DNA of 64,000 bases from positions 192,001 through 256,000 of the forward strand of contig CAWKKR010000004.1 of assembly GCA_963850305.1 (NCBI GenBank), written 5' to 3'. The translations under genes were made by a program, and so were the position numbers. This DNA comes from an uncultured delta proteobacterium. Its GTDB lineage: Bacteria > Myxococcota_A > Polyangia > Polyangiales > Polyangiaceae. The notes under the pieces are model-generated. The model was not told where the DNA came from, searched no databases, and saw nothing but the letters and a program-made list of their open reading frames with translations. Shown here in pieces: positions 29,777 through 40,039 of this stretch (position 1 is its first letter; every line of letters begins with the position of its first letter).

Positions 29777-30586
29777 ATGCACGAGGAAGCCCGTAACGCG
29801 AACATCGCCGACACTATCTTCGTAGAGCTGAGACGGAAGATCTTGAGCGGCGAGCTCAAAGCCGGTGAACGACTGGCGGGCGAGCGTGAGCTCGCGACGA
29901 AGTACGGCACGAATCGAAATACGCTGCGCGAAGCCGTCCGGAAGCTCGAACAGGCTCGGCTCGTGACGGTCCGGCACGGCCAGGGAGTAACCGTCGCCGA
30001 CTTCCGGAAGACCGGAACGCTGGATCTGTTGTCACCATTCTTGCAAGCGAGTCTCGACGGAAGCGAGATCGCCCATGTCATGGAAGACATTCTCGAGCCG
30101 CGTGTTCTGTTGCTGGAGCATGCAACACGCCTCGCGGTGCGCCGGGCGGACAAGCAAGACATCGAGAAACTCACGGATATCAACGACCTTCTCATCGCGG
30201 CGTTCGACGGCGGGGACGCGGCAGTCGTGGCCAAGGGCTTTCAGCGCTGGCTCGACGCGCTCATCGACGCAGGGCACTCGCTCATCGTGCGCTGGTTCGC
30301 GAATCCGATGCTCGACGCTTACCGCGACATGGTCGAGCGCTATCCGTCGCTCTGGGTGCTGGAACCGAGCTTTCCGAAGCATCTGCGTGACGTCATCCGC
30401 GCCATCTCCGAGGGCGACGAACAAGCGGCGATCGACGCGACGCGCGCCTACTACGTGCGCGTCGACGGTGCCCTCCGTGGCCATTTGCAGCGCTCGTCCG
30501 CGGAGCCCGCAAGCACACCGCAAGGCGCGCCGACCGTCACCGACGGCACCGTCGTGCCGCTCAGAAGAAGGAGAGGTCCCGCGTGA
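29777..30586 (+). CDS. GntR family (FadR subfamily) transcriptional regulator
   Basis: ILSGELKAGERLAGERELA, NRNTLREA, RHGQGVTV; FCD-like C-terminus; start at MHEEARN. Confidence 0.92.
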   Translation: MHEEARNANIADTIFVELRRKILSGELKAGERLAGERELATKYGTNRNTLREAVRKLEQARLVTVRHGQGVTVADFRKTGTLDLLSPFLQASLDGSEIAHVMEDILEPRVLLLEHATRLAVRRADKQDIEKLTDINDLLIAAFDGGDAAVVAKGFQRWLDALIDAGHSLIVRWFANPMLDAYRDMVERYPSLWVLEPSFPKHLRDVIRAISEGDEQAAIDATRAYYVRVDGALRGHLQRSSAEPASTPQGAPTVTDGTVVPLRRRRGPA

Positions 30587-31221
30587 CCCTGCGGCTGACA
30601 GCTGCTGACCCGAGGACGGGACGACGGTCTCTCCTCGCGGTGGCACAGGTCGGCCCGCCCACGCTCGCGCGCCATCCCAACGACGGGTGGCGGCTCGCGG
30701 ATCCGTACCCGCTCGGCGCATACCAGACAGGAGTTCTCCGCGCAGTGATCCGCGCGTTGTGTCCACCGGAACCCGCACTGTTCTCGCCAGCGCTCGCCCG
30801 CCAAGTGGAGGCGGACTCGCGCCGCTTGCTCCGCTACATGCAGCCGGTCGTCGCGCGCGCGCTGTGCATAGGGCTCGTACTGCTCGACTTCCTGCCCATC
30901 GTGACGTTCGAGAGTCGACATCGGTTCCACGTCCTGGACGGGACGCACGGCTCGGCGCTGCTCGCACGCTGGTCTCGAAGCGGGGTTCGTGCGCTGCGGC
31001 TCTTGATTCAGGGTCTTCGCGCCATGGTGCTGAGCGTCTATTTCGATCAGCGCGAGGTGCACGCGGCGATGCATTACGCCCCGGAACCGTTCATGCGCGA
31101 TCGGATCCGACTTCGCGAGCAACGGGCTGCCCACCATGGGGCACCCACGCCGCTGCGGCGCCCACCGTCAAGAACTTCCGACCATACTGGACTCGCGCCG
31201 GGTTCCGGCAGAACGGGATGA
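30583..31221 (+). CDS. Hypothetical protein, GMC small-subunit-like (gluconate 2-dehydrogenase subunit 3-like)
   Basis: Overlaps both neighbours; RFHVLD..LARWSRS..LRAMVLSVYFD..VHAAMHY. Confidence 0.55.
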   Translation: MTLRLTAADPRTGRRSLLAVAQVGPPTLARHPNDGWRLADPYPLGAYQTGVLRAVIRALCPPEPALFSPALARQVEADSRRLLRYMQPVVARALCIGLVLLDFLPIVTFESRHRFHVLDGTHGSALLARWSRSGVRALRLLIQGLRAMVLSVYFDQREVHAAMHYAPEPFMRDRIRLREQRAAHHGAPTPLRRPPSRTSDHTGLAPGSGRTG

Positions 31222-32736
31222 ACGGAATGCTCCTCTGCCACGACGACTATCGCCGTTCGCGTGAGTTCGCCGCGGACATCGTCGTGGTCGGCACCGGTGC
31301 GGGTGGCGCCGTCGCCGGCACGGAACTCGCCGAGAGCGGACGCAGCGTGCTCTTCGTGGAAGAGGGTAGCTACCACCCCACGTCGAGCTTCAATCCGTAC
31401 CTGACGGAGTCGATTCCGCGACTCTACCGGGACGGCGCCGCGACAGCGATCCTCGGCAGTCCGATGATTCCTTACGTCGAAGGACGCACGGTCGGCGGCA
31501 GCACCGTCATCAACGGTGGGATGGCGTATCGGGCGCCCGAACGCGTGCTCGACGAAATGGGGACATGGAGGCTGTGAGCTCGGACCACGCGAGCTGGAGC
31601 CATTGTTCGAGCGCGTCGAGCGCCGTCTCCATGTCGCACCCCAGGACGAAGTGAGCATAGGCGAAGACAGTCGTCTCATGGCGCGTGGCGCAAGGAAGAT
31701 GGGCTGGAAGATGTCCGTCAATCGCCGCAGCCAGCGGGATTGCGTCGGGACGAACAATTGCGGCTTCGGATGCCCCACGGGCGCGAAGCAATCGACCCTC
31801 GTGAGCTACCTGCCGCACGCGTTCGCGGCGGGCGCCGGCTGCTTGACGGACGTCCGGGTGGAGAAGCTACTCATCGAGCACGGTCGCTGCGTCGGCGTCG
31901 AAGGCCGCGCGATCGATCCGGCGACGCGAGCGCCGTCCAGCACCATCATCGTGCGAGCGCGAGCAGTCGTCATCGCCTGCGGTGCGGTCCAGACTCCCTA
32001 CTTGTTACTCCGCCATGGGCTCGGTAGAAAGAGCCGGCAACTCGGACGGAACTTTTCCTGCCATCCGAACGCAAAGGTTATCGCCCTCTATCCTTTCGAC
32101 GTGGAAGGGTGGAAGGGCGTCAGTCAGAACGGGCAGATCCACGAGTTTACCGACGACGGAATCGTGATGGCGGAGAACTTCGTCGCGCCGGGGGCGCTCG
32201 GGGCGCATCTGCCGTTCCACGGACGAGAAGCGTGGGATCTGATGGGACGATTGAACCAGATCCTGCTGTCGGGGGTGCTCGTCGAAGATTCGGGAAGCGG
32301 GACGGTGGCGAGAACCTTCCTTGGCGTGCCGGAAGTCCACTACACCGTGACGGCGGAGGTCCATCGGCGCGTGCTCCGGGGAGCCAAGCTGCTCGCGGAG
32401 ATGCACTTCGCTCTCGGCGCCGACAAGGTTCTCTTGCCGTTCGTGAACGTGCCCATCTTGACGAGCGTCGATCAGCTCCGCGGGCTGGACGAGAAGCGCG
32501 TCCCGTGCGAGGCGCTCGACCTGTTCACGGTGCACCTCATGGGGACCGCTCGCATGGGCGCTTCCCCGAACGACTCCGTCGTCGGTCCCACCGGGGAGTG
32601 CTGGGCCTTGCCGGGCTGTTACATCGCGGACGCGAGCCTGTTTCCGACGGCCATCGGCGTGAACCCGCAACTTACCGTCATGGCCCTCGCGACCCGCGTC
32701 GCCTTTCGTCTGGACCTCGTGAAGCGTGCGGCGTGA
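31218..32736 (+). CDS. GMC family oxidoreductase; +1 frameshift at ~31555
   Basis: VGTGAGG, VGGSTVING; GACGAAATGG minus one A gives DEWGHGG and joins to CGFGCPTGAKQS...HLMGTARMG...GVNPQLT. Confidence 0.9.
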
Positions 32737-32918
32737 CGGTCGGTCTTTCGCGCCGCTTCCTCCGACCTCATTCCCCTCGCGACTTTCAGGGACGGTGTCC
32801 TGGGTCCGCGTGGTCGCCTGACAAAGCGACGCCGCGCGATCCGCATTCCCTGGCGAGCGGGCGCGCCTCAGATGATCCTGGCACCCAGGCGCGGGCGGCT
32901 GGCTGATATCGTGCTCGG

Positions 32919-33374
32919 ATGTCGATCCCCGAATACGTGCGATCCATCTGGCGCAATCCCGATCCCGGGAAGCTCATGGGGCCCGGACATCCAGCAGGCG
33001 ACTTTTTGAACGGACCGGATTGGCTCGTGCTCGAGGAATCGGATGGACGGTTGCTGGTGGACGTGCCGCTCGTGGATGCTGCGAAGAATTTTCGCGGTCA
33101 TCTCTTCGGCGGGTTCGCGCCGGCGTACGTGGACTTGATCGCGCTCCGGACGGTGAGCGCGGGTACCGGCGAGCGACCGCACGGGTGGCTCCTGACGATG
33201 AACCTGAACGTCGAGTACTTCGAGCCGGTGAGTGGACCTCGATTTTTGATCGAGAGCCGGATCGTCAACCGGCGTGGACGAACGATCTTCTGCGAAGTGA
33301 CTTTTCGCGACCCCACCGCGAGGGACAGGATATTGCTGTTCGCGACGACTCTGTTGCTCGAACAGAACGCTTGA
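32919..33374 (+). CDS. PaaI-family hotdog thioesterase
   Basis: NFRGHLFGG..YVD, TMNLNVEYFEP. Confidence 0.8.
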   Translation: MSIPEYVRSIWRNPDPGKLMGPGHPAGDFLNGPDWLVLEESDGRLLVDVPLVDAAKNFRGHLFGGFAPAYVDLIALRTVSAGTGERPHGWLLTMNLNVEYFEPVSGPRFLIESRIVNRRGRTIFCEVTFRDPTARDRILLFATTLLLEQNA

Positions 33375-33381
33375 ACGGGGG

Positions 33382-34410
33382 CTACGGCGTGACCCGTTGG
33401 ACCAGCGCCTGCGTGAATTCTTTCGTGCCGAGGGTGCCGCCCAGATCCTTCGTCTTCTGGCCTTCTTCGAGGGCGAGGTTGTAGGCGGCCTTGATGCGGT
33501 CGGCGGCGAGCCGACAGGCCGGGTCGTCGCGCTCGTCGGCAAGGTGGTTGAGCATCATGACTGCGCTCATGAGGAGCGCGAGCGGGTTGGCGACGTTTTG
33601 CCCAGCGATGTTGGGCGCGGAGCCGTGGACGGCCTCGAAGACGGCGTCCGTGTCGCCGATGTTCGCGCCAGGGGTCACGCCAAGACCGCCGACGAAGCCG
33701 GCACACAGATCCGAGACAATGTCGCCGTAGAGATTCTCGCAGAGCAGGATGTCGAACTGCGACGGATCCTGCACAAGTCGCATGGACGCCGCATCGATGA
33801 TCGTCTCTTCGTATTCGATGTTCGGGTAGTCGTGTGCGTGCACCCGGCGCGACTCGTCGATGAACATGCCGTCCGTGAGCTTCATGATGTTCGCCTTGTG
33901 AAGAACGGACACCTTCTTCCGTTTCCGGTGCGTCGCGTAGCGGAACGTCCAGAGAGCGATGCGATGGCACGCCGCGCGCGTGGCCACCTTCATGGACGCG
34001 ACGACGCCGTCGGTGATCTGGTTCTCGATGCCGCTGTAGAGCCCTTCGGTATTTTCGCGAACGATGACGATATCGACGTTCTCGTAGCGGGTGCGAACGC
34101 CGGGGAGCGTGCGTACGGGGCGCACGGCGGCGTAGAGGTTCAAGGTCTTCCGGAGCGCGACGTTGACGGAGCGGAAGCCCTTGCCGATGGGCGTCGTACA
34201 CGGCCCCTTCAGGGCGACGTGATGATGACGAATCGCCTCGAGCGTCTCTTCCGGAAGCACGTCGGCGTGGCCGTGCGCGAGGGCGGCCTCGCCCGCGTGA
34301 TGCACGACGAAGCGAACGGGGGCGCGAGCGGCTTCGAGGATGGCCTGAACGGCGTCGGACACTTCTGGCCCGATGCCGTCTCCGGGAATCAATACGATTT
34401 GATGCATCAT
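33382..34410 (-). CDS. NAD-dependent isocitrate/isopropylmalate dehydrogenase family
   Basis: IPGDGIGPEV, RSVNVALRK, RENTEG, HKANIMK, NLYGDIVSDL, EAVHGSAP. Confidence 0.92.
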   Translation of the reverse strand: MMHQIVLIPGDGIGPEVSDAVQAILEAARAPVRFVVHHAGEAALAHGHADVLPEETLEAIRHHHVALKGPCTTPIGKGFRSVNVALRKTLNLYAAVRPVRTLPGVRTRYENVDIVIVRENTEGLYSGIENQITDGVVASMKVATRAACHRIALWTFRYATHRKRKKVSVLHKANIMKLTDGMFIDESRRVHAHDYPNIEYEETIIDAASMRLVQDPSQFDILLCENLYGDIVSDLCAGFVGGLGVTPGANIGDTDAVFEAVHGSAPNIAGQNVANPLALLMSAVMMLNHLADERDDPACRLAADRIKAAYNLALEEGQKTKDLGGTLGTKEFTQALVQRVTP

Positions 34411-34605
34411 GATATTGGCCTCGCCGGCAGCATAGACCACGACGCGACGCCCACGGCCGGCAATGCCCTCTCGTTCTCGTTCGATCCTGCACGCGAACGT
34501 CGGGTTACGGGTGTGTGTCGCCGGGCGGACACGGCGCGCACTTCGGCGCGTCGGTCGCCCATGGAATCCCAGCGAAACGCGACGGCGCGGTCCGAGTCAA
34601 GCTCC

Positions 34606-34621
34606 GGGCATGATAGTTGCT
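34606..34621 (+). promoter_or_regulatory. Putative sigma54 -24/-12 promoter
   Basis: GGGCATG-ATAG-TTGCT (GG-N10-GC), 13 nt before ATG 34635. Confidence 0.45.
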
Positions 34622-34634
34622 GAATCGGTCGCCG

Positions 34635-35657
34635 ATGACGACGCTTCGCTTTCGCCGCCTTCGCTGCCTTCCCTGGCTCTGGCTCGCCGCGCTCACGATG
34701 GGGTGCGGTTCGAGTGGCGCCCCGCACCGGGGAACCGACACCGGCGGCGACGGTTCCGCCGGCGCGGTTCCGCTCGATGCCGGGACGCTCGCGACGCGCG
34801 TGGCGGCGGCGACCGAGACGGCGCAGAGCGACCCCCTCTGCTCGGCGATCTCGCCGTTCTACTGGGAGATTGGAGACGCGACAGGATCGCTGGGCGGGGC
34901 ATCCGTCGGAGGCACGACCTACACCGTCGACACCGTTATGGGGATTGCCTCGGCGTCGAAGTTCTTGTTCGGCGCATACGTCGTGGAGCGATTCAAGGAC
35001 GACCTGGGCGCGATCGATCTGAACGCCATGAGGATGCTCAGCGGCTACATCGGGCTCGACTACACCCGCTGCCTCACGACGACGACGGTCAATGCTTGCT
35101 TCGAGACCGCGGACACCATGACCACCGCCGACGTGGAACGATTTTATTACAACGGCGGCCACTTCCAGAAGTACGCCGTGGATCTCGGGCTCGGGGCGGA
35201 CTCTGCCGCAGCGCTCGGCAGCGATGTGTCGGAGATGCTGGGGACGGAGCTCGGCATCGCGTATTCTTCGCCGCAACTCGCCGGGGGAGCGCGCATGTCC
35301 GCGGGCGATTACGCAAAGTTCCTGAGAAAGATTCTCTCCGGTGGGCTCGCGCTCTCGGCGCACCTCGGCGAAAACCCGGTCTGCACGCTGCCGGGGTCGT
35401 CCTGTCGGACGGCCGCGTACAGCCCTGCACCCGCCGCCTGGCACTACTCCTACGCGCACTGGGTCGAGGACGATCCAGCGACAGGCGACGGCAGCTTCAG
35501 CAGCCCGGGCGCCTACGGCTTTTACCCGTGGATCGACAGGACGAAGACCTATTACGGCATCGTCGCGCGGCAGAGTCTCGGCGCCGACACGTACATCCAG
35601 TCCGTCGAGTGCGGAATCCAGATCCGGAAGGCATTCTTCGCGGGCGTCGCGGACTGA
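34635..35657 (+). CDS. Beta-lactamase/serine hydrolase-fold lipoprotein
   Basis: Lipobox TMGC, SxxK in IASASKF, FYYNGG, SSPGAYGFYPWID. Confidence 0.7.
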   Translation: MTTLRFRRLRCLPWLWLAALTMGCGSSGAPHRGTDTGGDGSAGAVPLDAGTLATRVAAATETAQSDPLCSAISPFYWEIGDATGSLGGASVGGTTYTVDTVMGIASASKFLFGAYVVERFKDDLGAIDLNAMRMLSGYIGLDYTRCLTTTTVNACFETADTMTTADVERFYYNGGHFQKYAVDLGLGADSAAALGSDVSEMLGTELGIAYSSPQLAGGARMSAGDYAKFLRKILSGGLALSAHLGENPVCTLPGSSCRTAAYSPAPAAWHYSYAHWVEDDPATGDGSFSSPGAYGFYPWIDRTKTYYGIVARQSLGADTYIQSVECGIQIRKAFFAGVAD

Positions 35658-35660
35658 ACC

Positions 35661-36695
35661 TCAGCATCGCGCGTAGGTGGCGTCGGTGCCTTCGTGCAGG
35701 CGATGGAGCTCGTCGAGCCGCGCCAGCGTCGCGTCTTCGAGCCGCGTCGTGCACGCGTCCACGGCGGCGTCGAGGTGCTCGACGGTCCCGGGCCCGATGA
35801 CGATCGAGTCCACGCCGGGCCGGGACGCCAGAAAGCCGTAAGCGAGCGCGATCAGGCTGAGTCCGAGCGCGTCCGCGAGCCCACGGTAGTCTTCGACGGC
35901 GAGTTGCATGCGCTCGCTGAAGTACCGCCGTACGTACATCGCGTTGCCGTCGAAGCGCGAGCCAGGGACGGGCGAGCCCGCCGGGTGATGCCCCGCGAGG
36001 AGACCACCGGCGAGGGGGTTGTACGCGGCGGTGTCGAGCCCGTACTTGCGAGCGAACGCGAAGTACTCGACGTCGAGCTGGCGCACGAGCAGGTTGTACA
36101 ATTGCTGCGCGACCAGAGGGCGAGCGACGCCCGCAGAGTCGCACCAACCCACCATCTCCAGGATCTGCCAGGAGGCGTAGTTCGAGACGCCCCAGGAGCG
36201 GATCTTCCCGGCGCCGAGGAGCTCCGCGATGGCCCCGAGACTCTCTTCGAGGGGGGTCGAGGAGTCCGGCGCGTGCAAGTAGTAAAGATCGACGTAGTCG
36301 GTCTCGAGCCTCGCGAGGCTTTCATCACAGGCGGCGAGGATGCGCGCTCGCGACAGCCCTTCGGGGACGCCGCCGGCTTGCACCAAGCCCGACGCTTCCC
36401 CGCCGACGCGAGCGAGCCCGACCTTCGTCGAGATCAGGAATGCGTCCCGACGGCCGCGGAGGGCGCGCCCGACGATGCGCTCGCTTTCGCCCCCGCCGTA
36501 CACGTTCGCGGTGTCGATCGCGACGATGCCCCGCTCCTGAGCCCTGTCGATGACGCACCGCGCTTCACCCTCGGGCGTGCGCTTGCCGAAGTTCATGGCG
36601 CCCAGGACTAGCGCGACGCGCGGGGCGGAACCGCGTCGACTCGGCTGAATCGGGCCGGAAGCTCGAGGGGGCAACGGCCCGAGCTTAGCCGTCAT
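35661..36695 (-). CDS. Aldo/keto reductase
   Basis: LGAMNFG, IDTANVY, ISTK, DLYYLH, GVSN, YNPLAGGLL. Confidence 0.93.
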   Translation of the reverse strand: MTAKLGPLPPRASGPIQPSRRGSAPRVALVLGAMNFGKRTPEGEARCVIDRAQERGIVAIDTANVYGGGESERIVGRALRGRRDAFLISTKVGLARVGGEASGLVQAGGVPEGLSRARILAACDESLARLETDYVDLYYLHAPDSSTPLEESLGAIAELLGAGKIRSWGVSNYASWQILEMVGWCDSAGVARPLVAQQLYNLLVRQLDVEYFAFARKYGLDTAAYNPLAGGLLAGHHPAGSPVPGSRFDGNAMYVRRYFSERMQLAVEDYRGLADALGLSLIALAYGFLASRPGVDSIVIGPGTVEHLDAAVDACTTRLEDATLARLDELHRLHEGTDATYARC

Positions 36696-36901
36696 CGGCG
36701 GGCTCGGCGGGCTAGACTCTTCATCACCCGTGGCGCATGATGCGACTCAATGGGAGCATGCCCCGGTTTCTCCTTTCCGCGCAGGCACGGGTCCACCTGG
36801 GCAAGCTCACCCCGACGGCGCGCGAACCGAGAACGTCGAAGTCTTTCCGCAACTTGCGCGGCTGAAAGGGCCAGAGCCGGACGCGGAATCAGGGTCTCAA
36901 C

Positions 36902-38176
36902 ATGATTAAATATCGAAGCTCCATGGTCCCGGCGGTTGGCCTCTCGTGTGCCCTCGCGGCATGTTCACCCAGCGGAGGGGGAGGAGGTTCCGGATCCGGA
37001 GCGGGTGGCGGCGGGGGCTACTACTCCGCTGGCGGCGGCTCGAACTTGGGCGGAAGCGTCAGCTACGGCAATGGCGGCCAAGGCATATCGGTCATTCAGA
37101 ACACCTTCGACGCCGGCAACTGCGGCACAGCGCAATACAAGGGGAAGCTTCTGCCCTCGAACATCCTGTTCGTGCAGGACCGTTCGGGCAGCATGAACTG
37201 CAACCTGCCGCCGGAGACGCAGTCAGCCGCGTGCGAGGCGAACCCTGTCGCGGCGAACCCTTCGGATCCAACGAAGTGGTCGGTCATCAGCTCCGCCATC
37301 GACAACGCGATCGACCAGATTGCTCTGCTCCCGAACACGGCCATCGGGCTCAATTTCTTCAGCAACGACGACACGTGCGGCGTATCGGACACGCCGAGCG
37401 TGCCGCTGCAGCTCCTCAATGCGACGCAGGTCACTGCGCTCAAGAACGCTTACGCGAACGTCAAACCCGCGGGAGGCACGCCAATCATCGGTGCAGTGGT
37501 CACGGGTTACGAGTATCTGCATCAGGTCGTCCAGGCGCGAGGTAACCGATTCGTCGTGCTGATCACTGACGGCTCGGAAAGCTGTCTGCCCGGCACGGAC
37601 GCCGGCCATACCACTTACGCCGATTATCCGGGCACACCAGCGGATCCCGTCGGGGACCTCTTCAACAAGGAGGTTCCCAACGCTCTCGCGGTCAACATCC
37701 GCACGTTCGTCATCGGCGTGCCTGGAAGCGAGACCAACCGCGGCTTCTTGTCGCAGCTCGCGTTCGCGGGGGGCACTCCGTCCTCGCCCACCTGTGATCA
37801 CACCAACAATCCAGCGCCCGGGAATGCGTGTCACCTCGACATGTCCGGCTCGACAGAGTCGAATCTGGGCTCCACGCTCGCTGCGGCGCTTCAGAGCATC
37901 ACGGGCACTGCCGCGCTCACGTGCCAGTTCGACGTCCCGACCGACGCGAGCGGCACGATCAATACGAGCCTGTTGAACGTCAACTACATTTCGGGCAGCA
38001 CGAAGGCCAACACGGATCTGGGCAGGGATGATACCTGCTCCGGCACGAACGGCTGGCAGTTCAAAGACTCGACCGATACGCAGATCCAGCTCTGCCCGGA
38101 CGTCTGTAATACGGTGCTCCACGACCAGGGCGCTCAGGTCATCGTGACCGAGGGTTGTCCGCAGCGCATCAACTGA
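36902..38176 (+). CDS. vWA-domain Cys-rich lipoprotein (myxobacterial type)
   Basis: Lipobox LAAC, MIDAS DRSGS...GGTP...LITDG, C-terminal C..GWQF..IQLCPDVC module. Confidence 0.82.
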   Translation: MIKYRSSMVPAVGLSCALAACSPSGGGGGSGSGAGGGGGYYSAGGGSNLGGSVSYGNGGQGISVIQNTFDAGNCGTAQYKGKLLPSNILFVQDRSGSMNCNLPPETQSAACEANPVAANPSDPTKWSVISSAIDNAIDQIALLPNTAIGLNFFSNDDTCGVSDTPSVPLQLLNATQVTALKNAYANVKPAGGTPIIGAVVTGYEYLHQVVQARGNRFVVLITDGSESCLPGTDAGHTTYADYPGTPADPVGDLFNKEVPNALAVNIRTFVIGVPGSETNRGFLSQLAFAGGTPSSPTCDHTNNPAPGNACHLDMSGSTESNLGSTLAAALQSITGTAALTCQFDVPTDASGTINTSLLNVNYISGSTKANTDLGRDDTCSGTNGWQFKDSTDTQIQLCPDVCNTVLHDQGAQVIVTEGCPQRIN

Positions 38177-38265
38177 ACTCGCGCTCGCGCTGGCGGCTCG
38201 CCCGGCGAAGCTCGTCTTCGCCGCCTGAGTCGCGCACAGAGCAACGATTTTGCACGCGCCGCGAG

Positions 38266-38281
38266 CGGCACGCGAGCTGCA
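38266..38281 (+). promoter_or_regulatory. Putative sigma54 -24/-12 promoter of comM
   Basis: CGGCACG-CGAG-CTGCA (GG-N10-GC) in the intergenic gap, correct orientation. Confidence 0.6.
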
Positions 38282-38295
38282 ACGGCGTTCTCGGG

Positions 38296-39876
38296 ATGCC
38301 GCTCGCCGCAAACGCCACGACGACCATTTCCGGCGCGCCGCTCGGGATCGCCGCGGTGGATACGAGCACGCTCGTCGGCCTCGAGCCGCGTCCTATCCGG
38401 GTCGAGGTCTGTTGCACACGGGGTCCGTCATTTTTCCAGCTCGTCGGGCTGGCGCAAGCCGCGGTCCGGGAATCTCGAGTCCGCGTGGCCAGCGCCCTCG
38501 CTCGTCTTGGGGTGCTGCTCGACGCATTCGCCATCACGGTAAACCTTGCACCCGCGGATCTGAAGAAGAGTGCCGCCGCGCTCGATCTCGCGCTGGCCAC
38601 CGCGGTCCTCGCCGCCGTGGGGCGGCTCCCGACGGATGCGCTGAACGCCGTACTCTTTCTCGGCGAGCTGTCACTCGACGGCACGCTGAGGCCGATCCGC
38701 GGCGTCCTGCCGCAGCTCGATGGCGCACGTTCCCGTGGCTTGCGCGCCGCGATCGTTCCCGAGGGCAATCGGGTGGAGGCGGGCCTCGTGACCGGGTTGA
38801 CCACCTTCGTGGCCACGTCTCTCGAAGACGTCGTCGCGCATCTCCGTGACGAGCGTCGACTCCCCCACGTGGAAAGGACGGTCTTCACGCCCGAAGCCAG
38901 CTGGACCGGCGGCGACCTCGCCGACGTGCGCGGTCAAGCCACCGCGAGACGTGCGGCGGAAGTCGCCGCAGCGGGGAACCACAATTTGCTGATGCTCGGA
39001 CCGCCTGGAGGCGGGAAGACGCTCCTTGCTCGGTTGCTCCCGACCCTCTTGCCCCCGCTCACCCATGAAGAAGCGATAGAGACGACCGCCATTCACAGCG
39101 TCGCCGGGCTCATCGAACCCGAAAAGGGGATGGTCCTGAGGCGGCCTTTTCGAGCCCCCCACCATTCGGTGAGCGAGGCCGGACTCGTCGGGGGTGGAGA
39201 ATTCCCGCGCCCCGGCGAGGTCAGCCTGGCACACAACGGCGTGCTCTTCCTCGACGAACTGGCGGAGTTTCGTCGCGACGCCCTGGAATCGCTACGGCAA
39301 CCACTGGAGGACGGGCGCGTGTGCATCGCTCGCGCTCGTGCGCGCGCCTGGTTTCCGGCGAGGGCCATGGTCGTGGCCGCGATGAATAGATGCCCGTGCG
39401 GCAACCTCGGACATCCGTCGCGCTCGTGTCGATGTTCGGAAAAGTCGCGCCGGGCGTATCTGGCGAAACTTTCGGGCCCGCTGCTGGATCGACTGGATGT
39501 CCACGTCGGGCTACCGCCGGTGGAAGTCGGTGCGCTGGTGGGAGACAAGCGCGGAGAAAGCTCGGCCACCGTGCGGGCGCGCGTCGTCGCTGCCCGCAAC
39601 GTGCAACTCTGGCGCAAGGAAAGCGGCACGACGAGCGCGACTTGCAATTCTGCGCTCCCGCCCCGAGAACTGGCCCTCATCGCGCCGCTCGACAAGCCAG
39701 GCGAGCGACTCATCGAAAGCGCCGTGGAGCGGCTCGGATTGTCCGCGCGCGCGTTCACGAAGGTCGTCCGCGTTGCGCGCACCATCGCAGACCTCGAAGG
39801 AAGTGAACGCTTGCAAGCTGTACACGTCGCGGAAGCGATCCAGGCTCGCTTGGTCGACAGGGAGTTGCTAGCCTGA
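38296..39876 (+). CDS. comM: YifB/ComM Mg-chelatase-like AAA+ ATPase
   Basis: VRESRVRV, TVNLAPADLKK, GPPGGGKT, RPFRAPHHS, PGEVSLAHNGVLFLDE, CPCG, SGPLLDRLD. Confidence 0.92.
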   Translation: MPLAANATTTISGAPLGIAAVDTSTLVGLEPRPIRVEVCCTRGPSFFQLVGLAQAAVRESRVRVASALARLGVLLDAFAITVNLAPADLKKSAAALDLALATAVLAAVGRLPTDALNAVLFLGELSLDGTLRPIRGVLPQLDGARSRGLRAAIVPEGNRVEAGLVTGLTTFVATSLEDVVAHLRDERRLPHVERTVFTPEASWTGGDLADVRGQATARRAAEVAAAGNHNLLMLGPPGGGKTLLARLLPTLLPPLTHEEAIETTAIHSVAGLIEPEKGMVLRRPFRAPHHSVSEAGLVGGGEFPRPGEVSLAHNGVLFLDELAEFRRDALESLRQPLEDGRVCIARARARAWFPARAMVVAAMNRCPCGNLGHPSRSCRCSEKSRRAYLAKLSGPLLDRLDVHVGLPPVEVGALVGDKRGESSATVRARVVAARNVQLWRKESGTTSATCNSALPPRELALIAPLDKPGERLIESAVERLGLSARAFTKVVRVARTIADLEGSERLQAVHVAEAIQARLVDRELLA

Positions 39877-40039
39877 CGTGGACTGGGAGAACCTGCGGGG
39901 CTTCATGGCCCTTCACTTCGACGGTGGAGGAGCGAGGGCGCACAGGCGACTTGGGCTGGGGGACCCCCCGCTCTCGCCACGGACGCGGAACGCGCTAGTA
40001 TGTAATTGGTCCCCTTCCTCCACGACTTAGTAAACGTCG

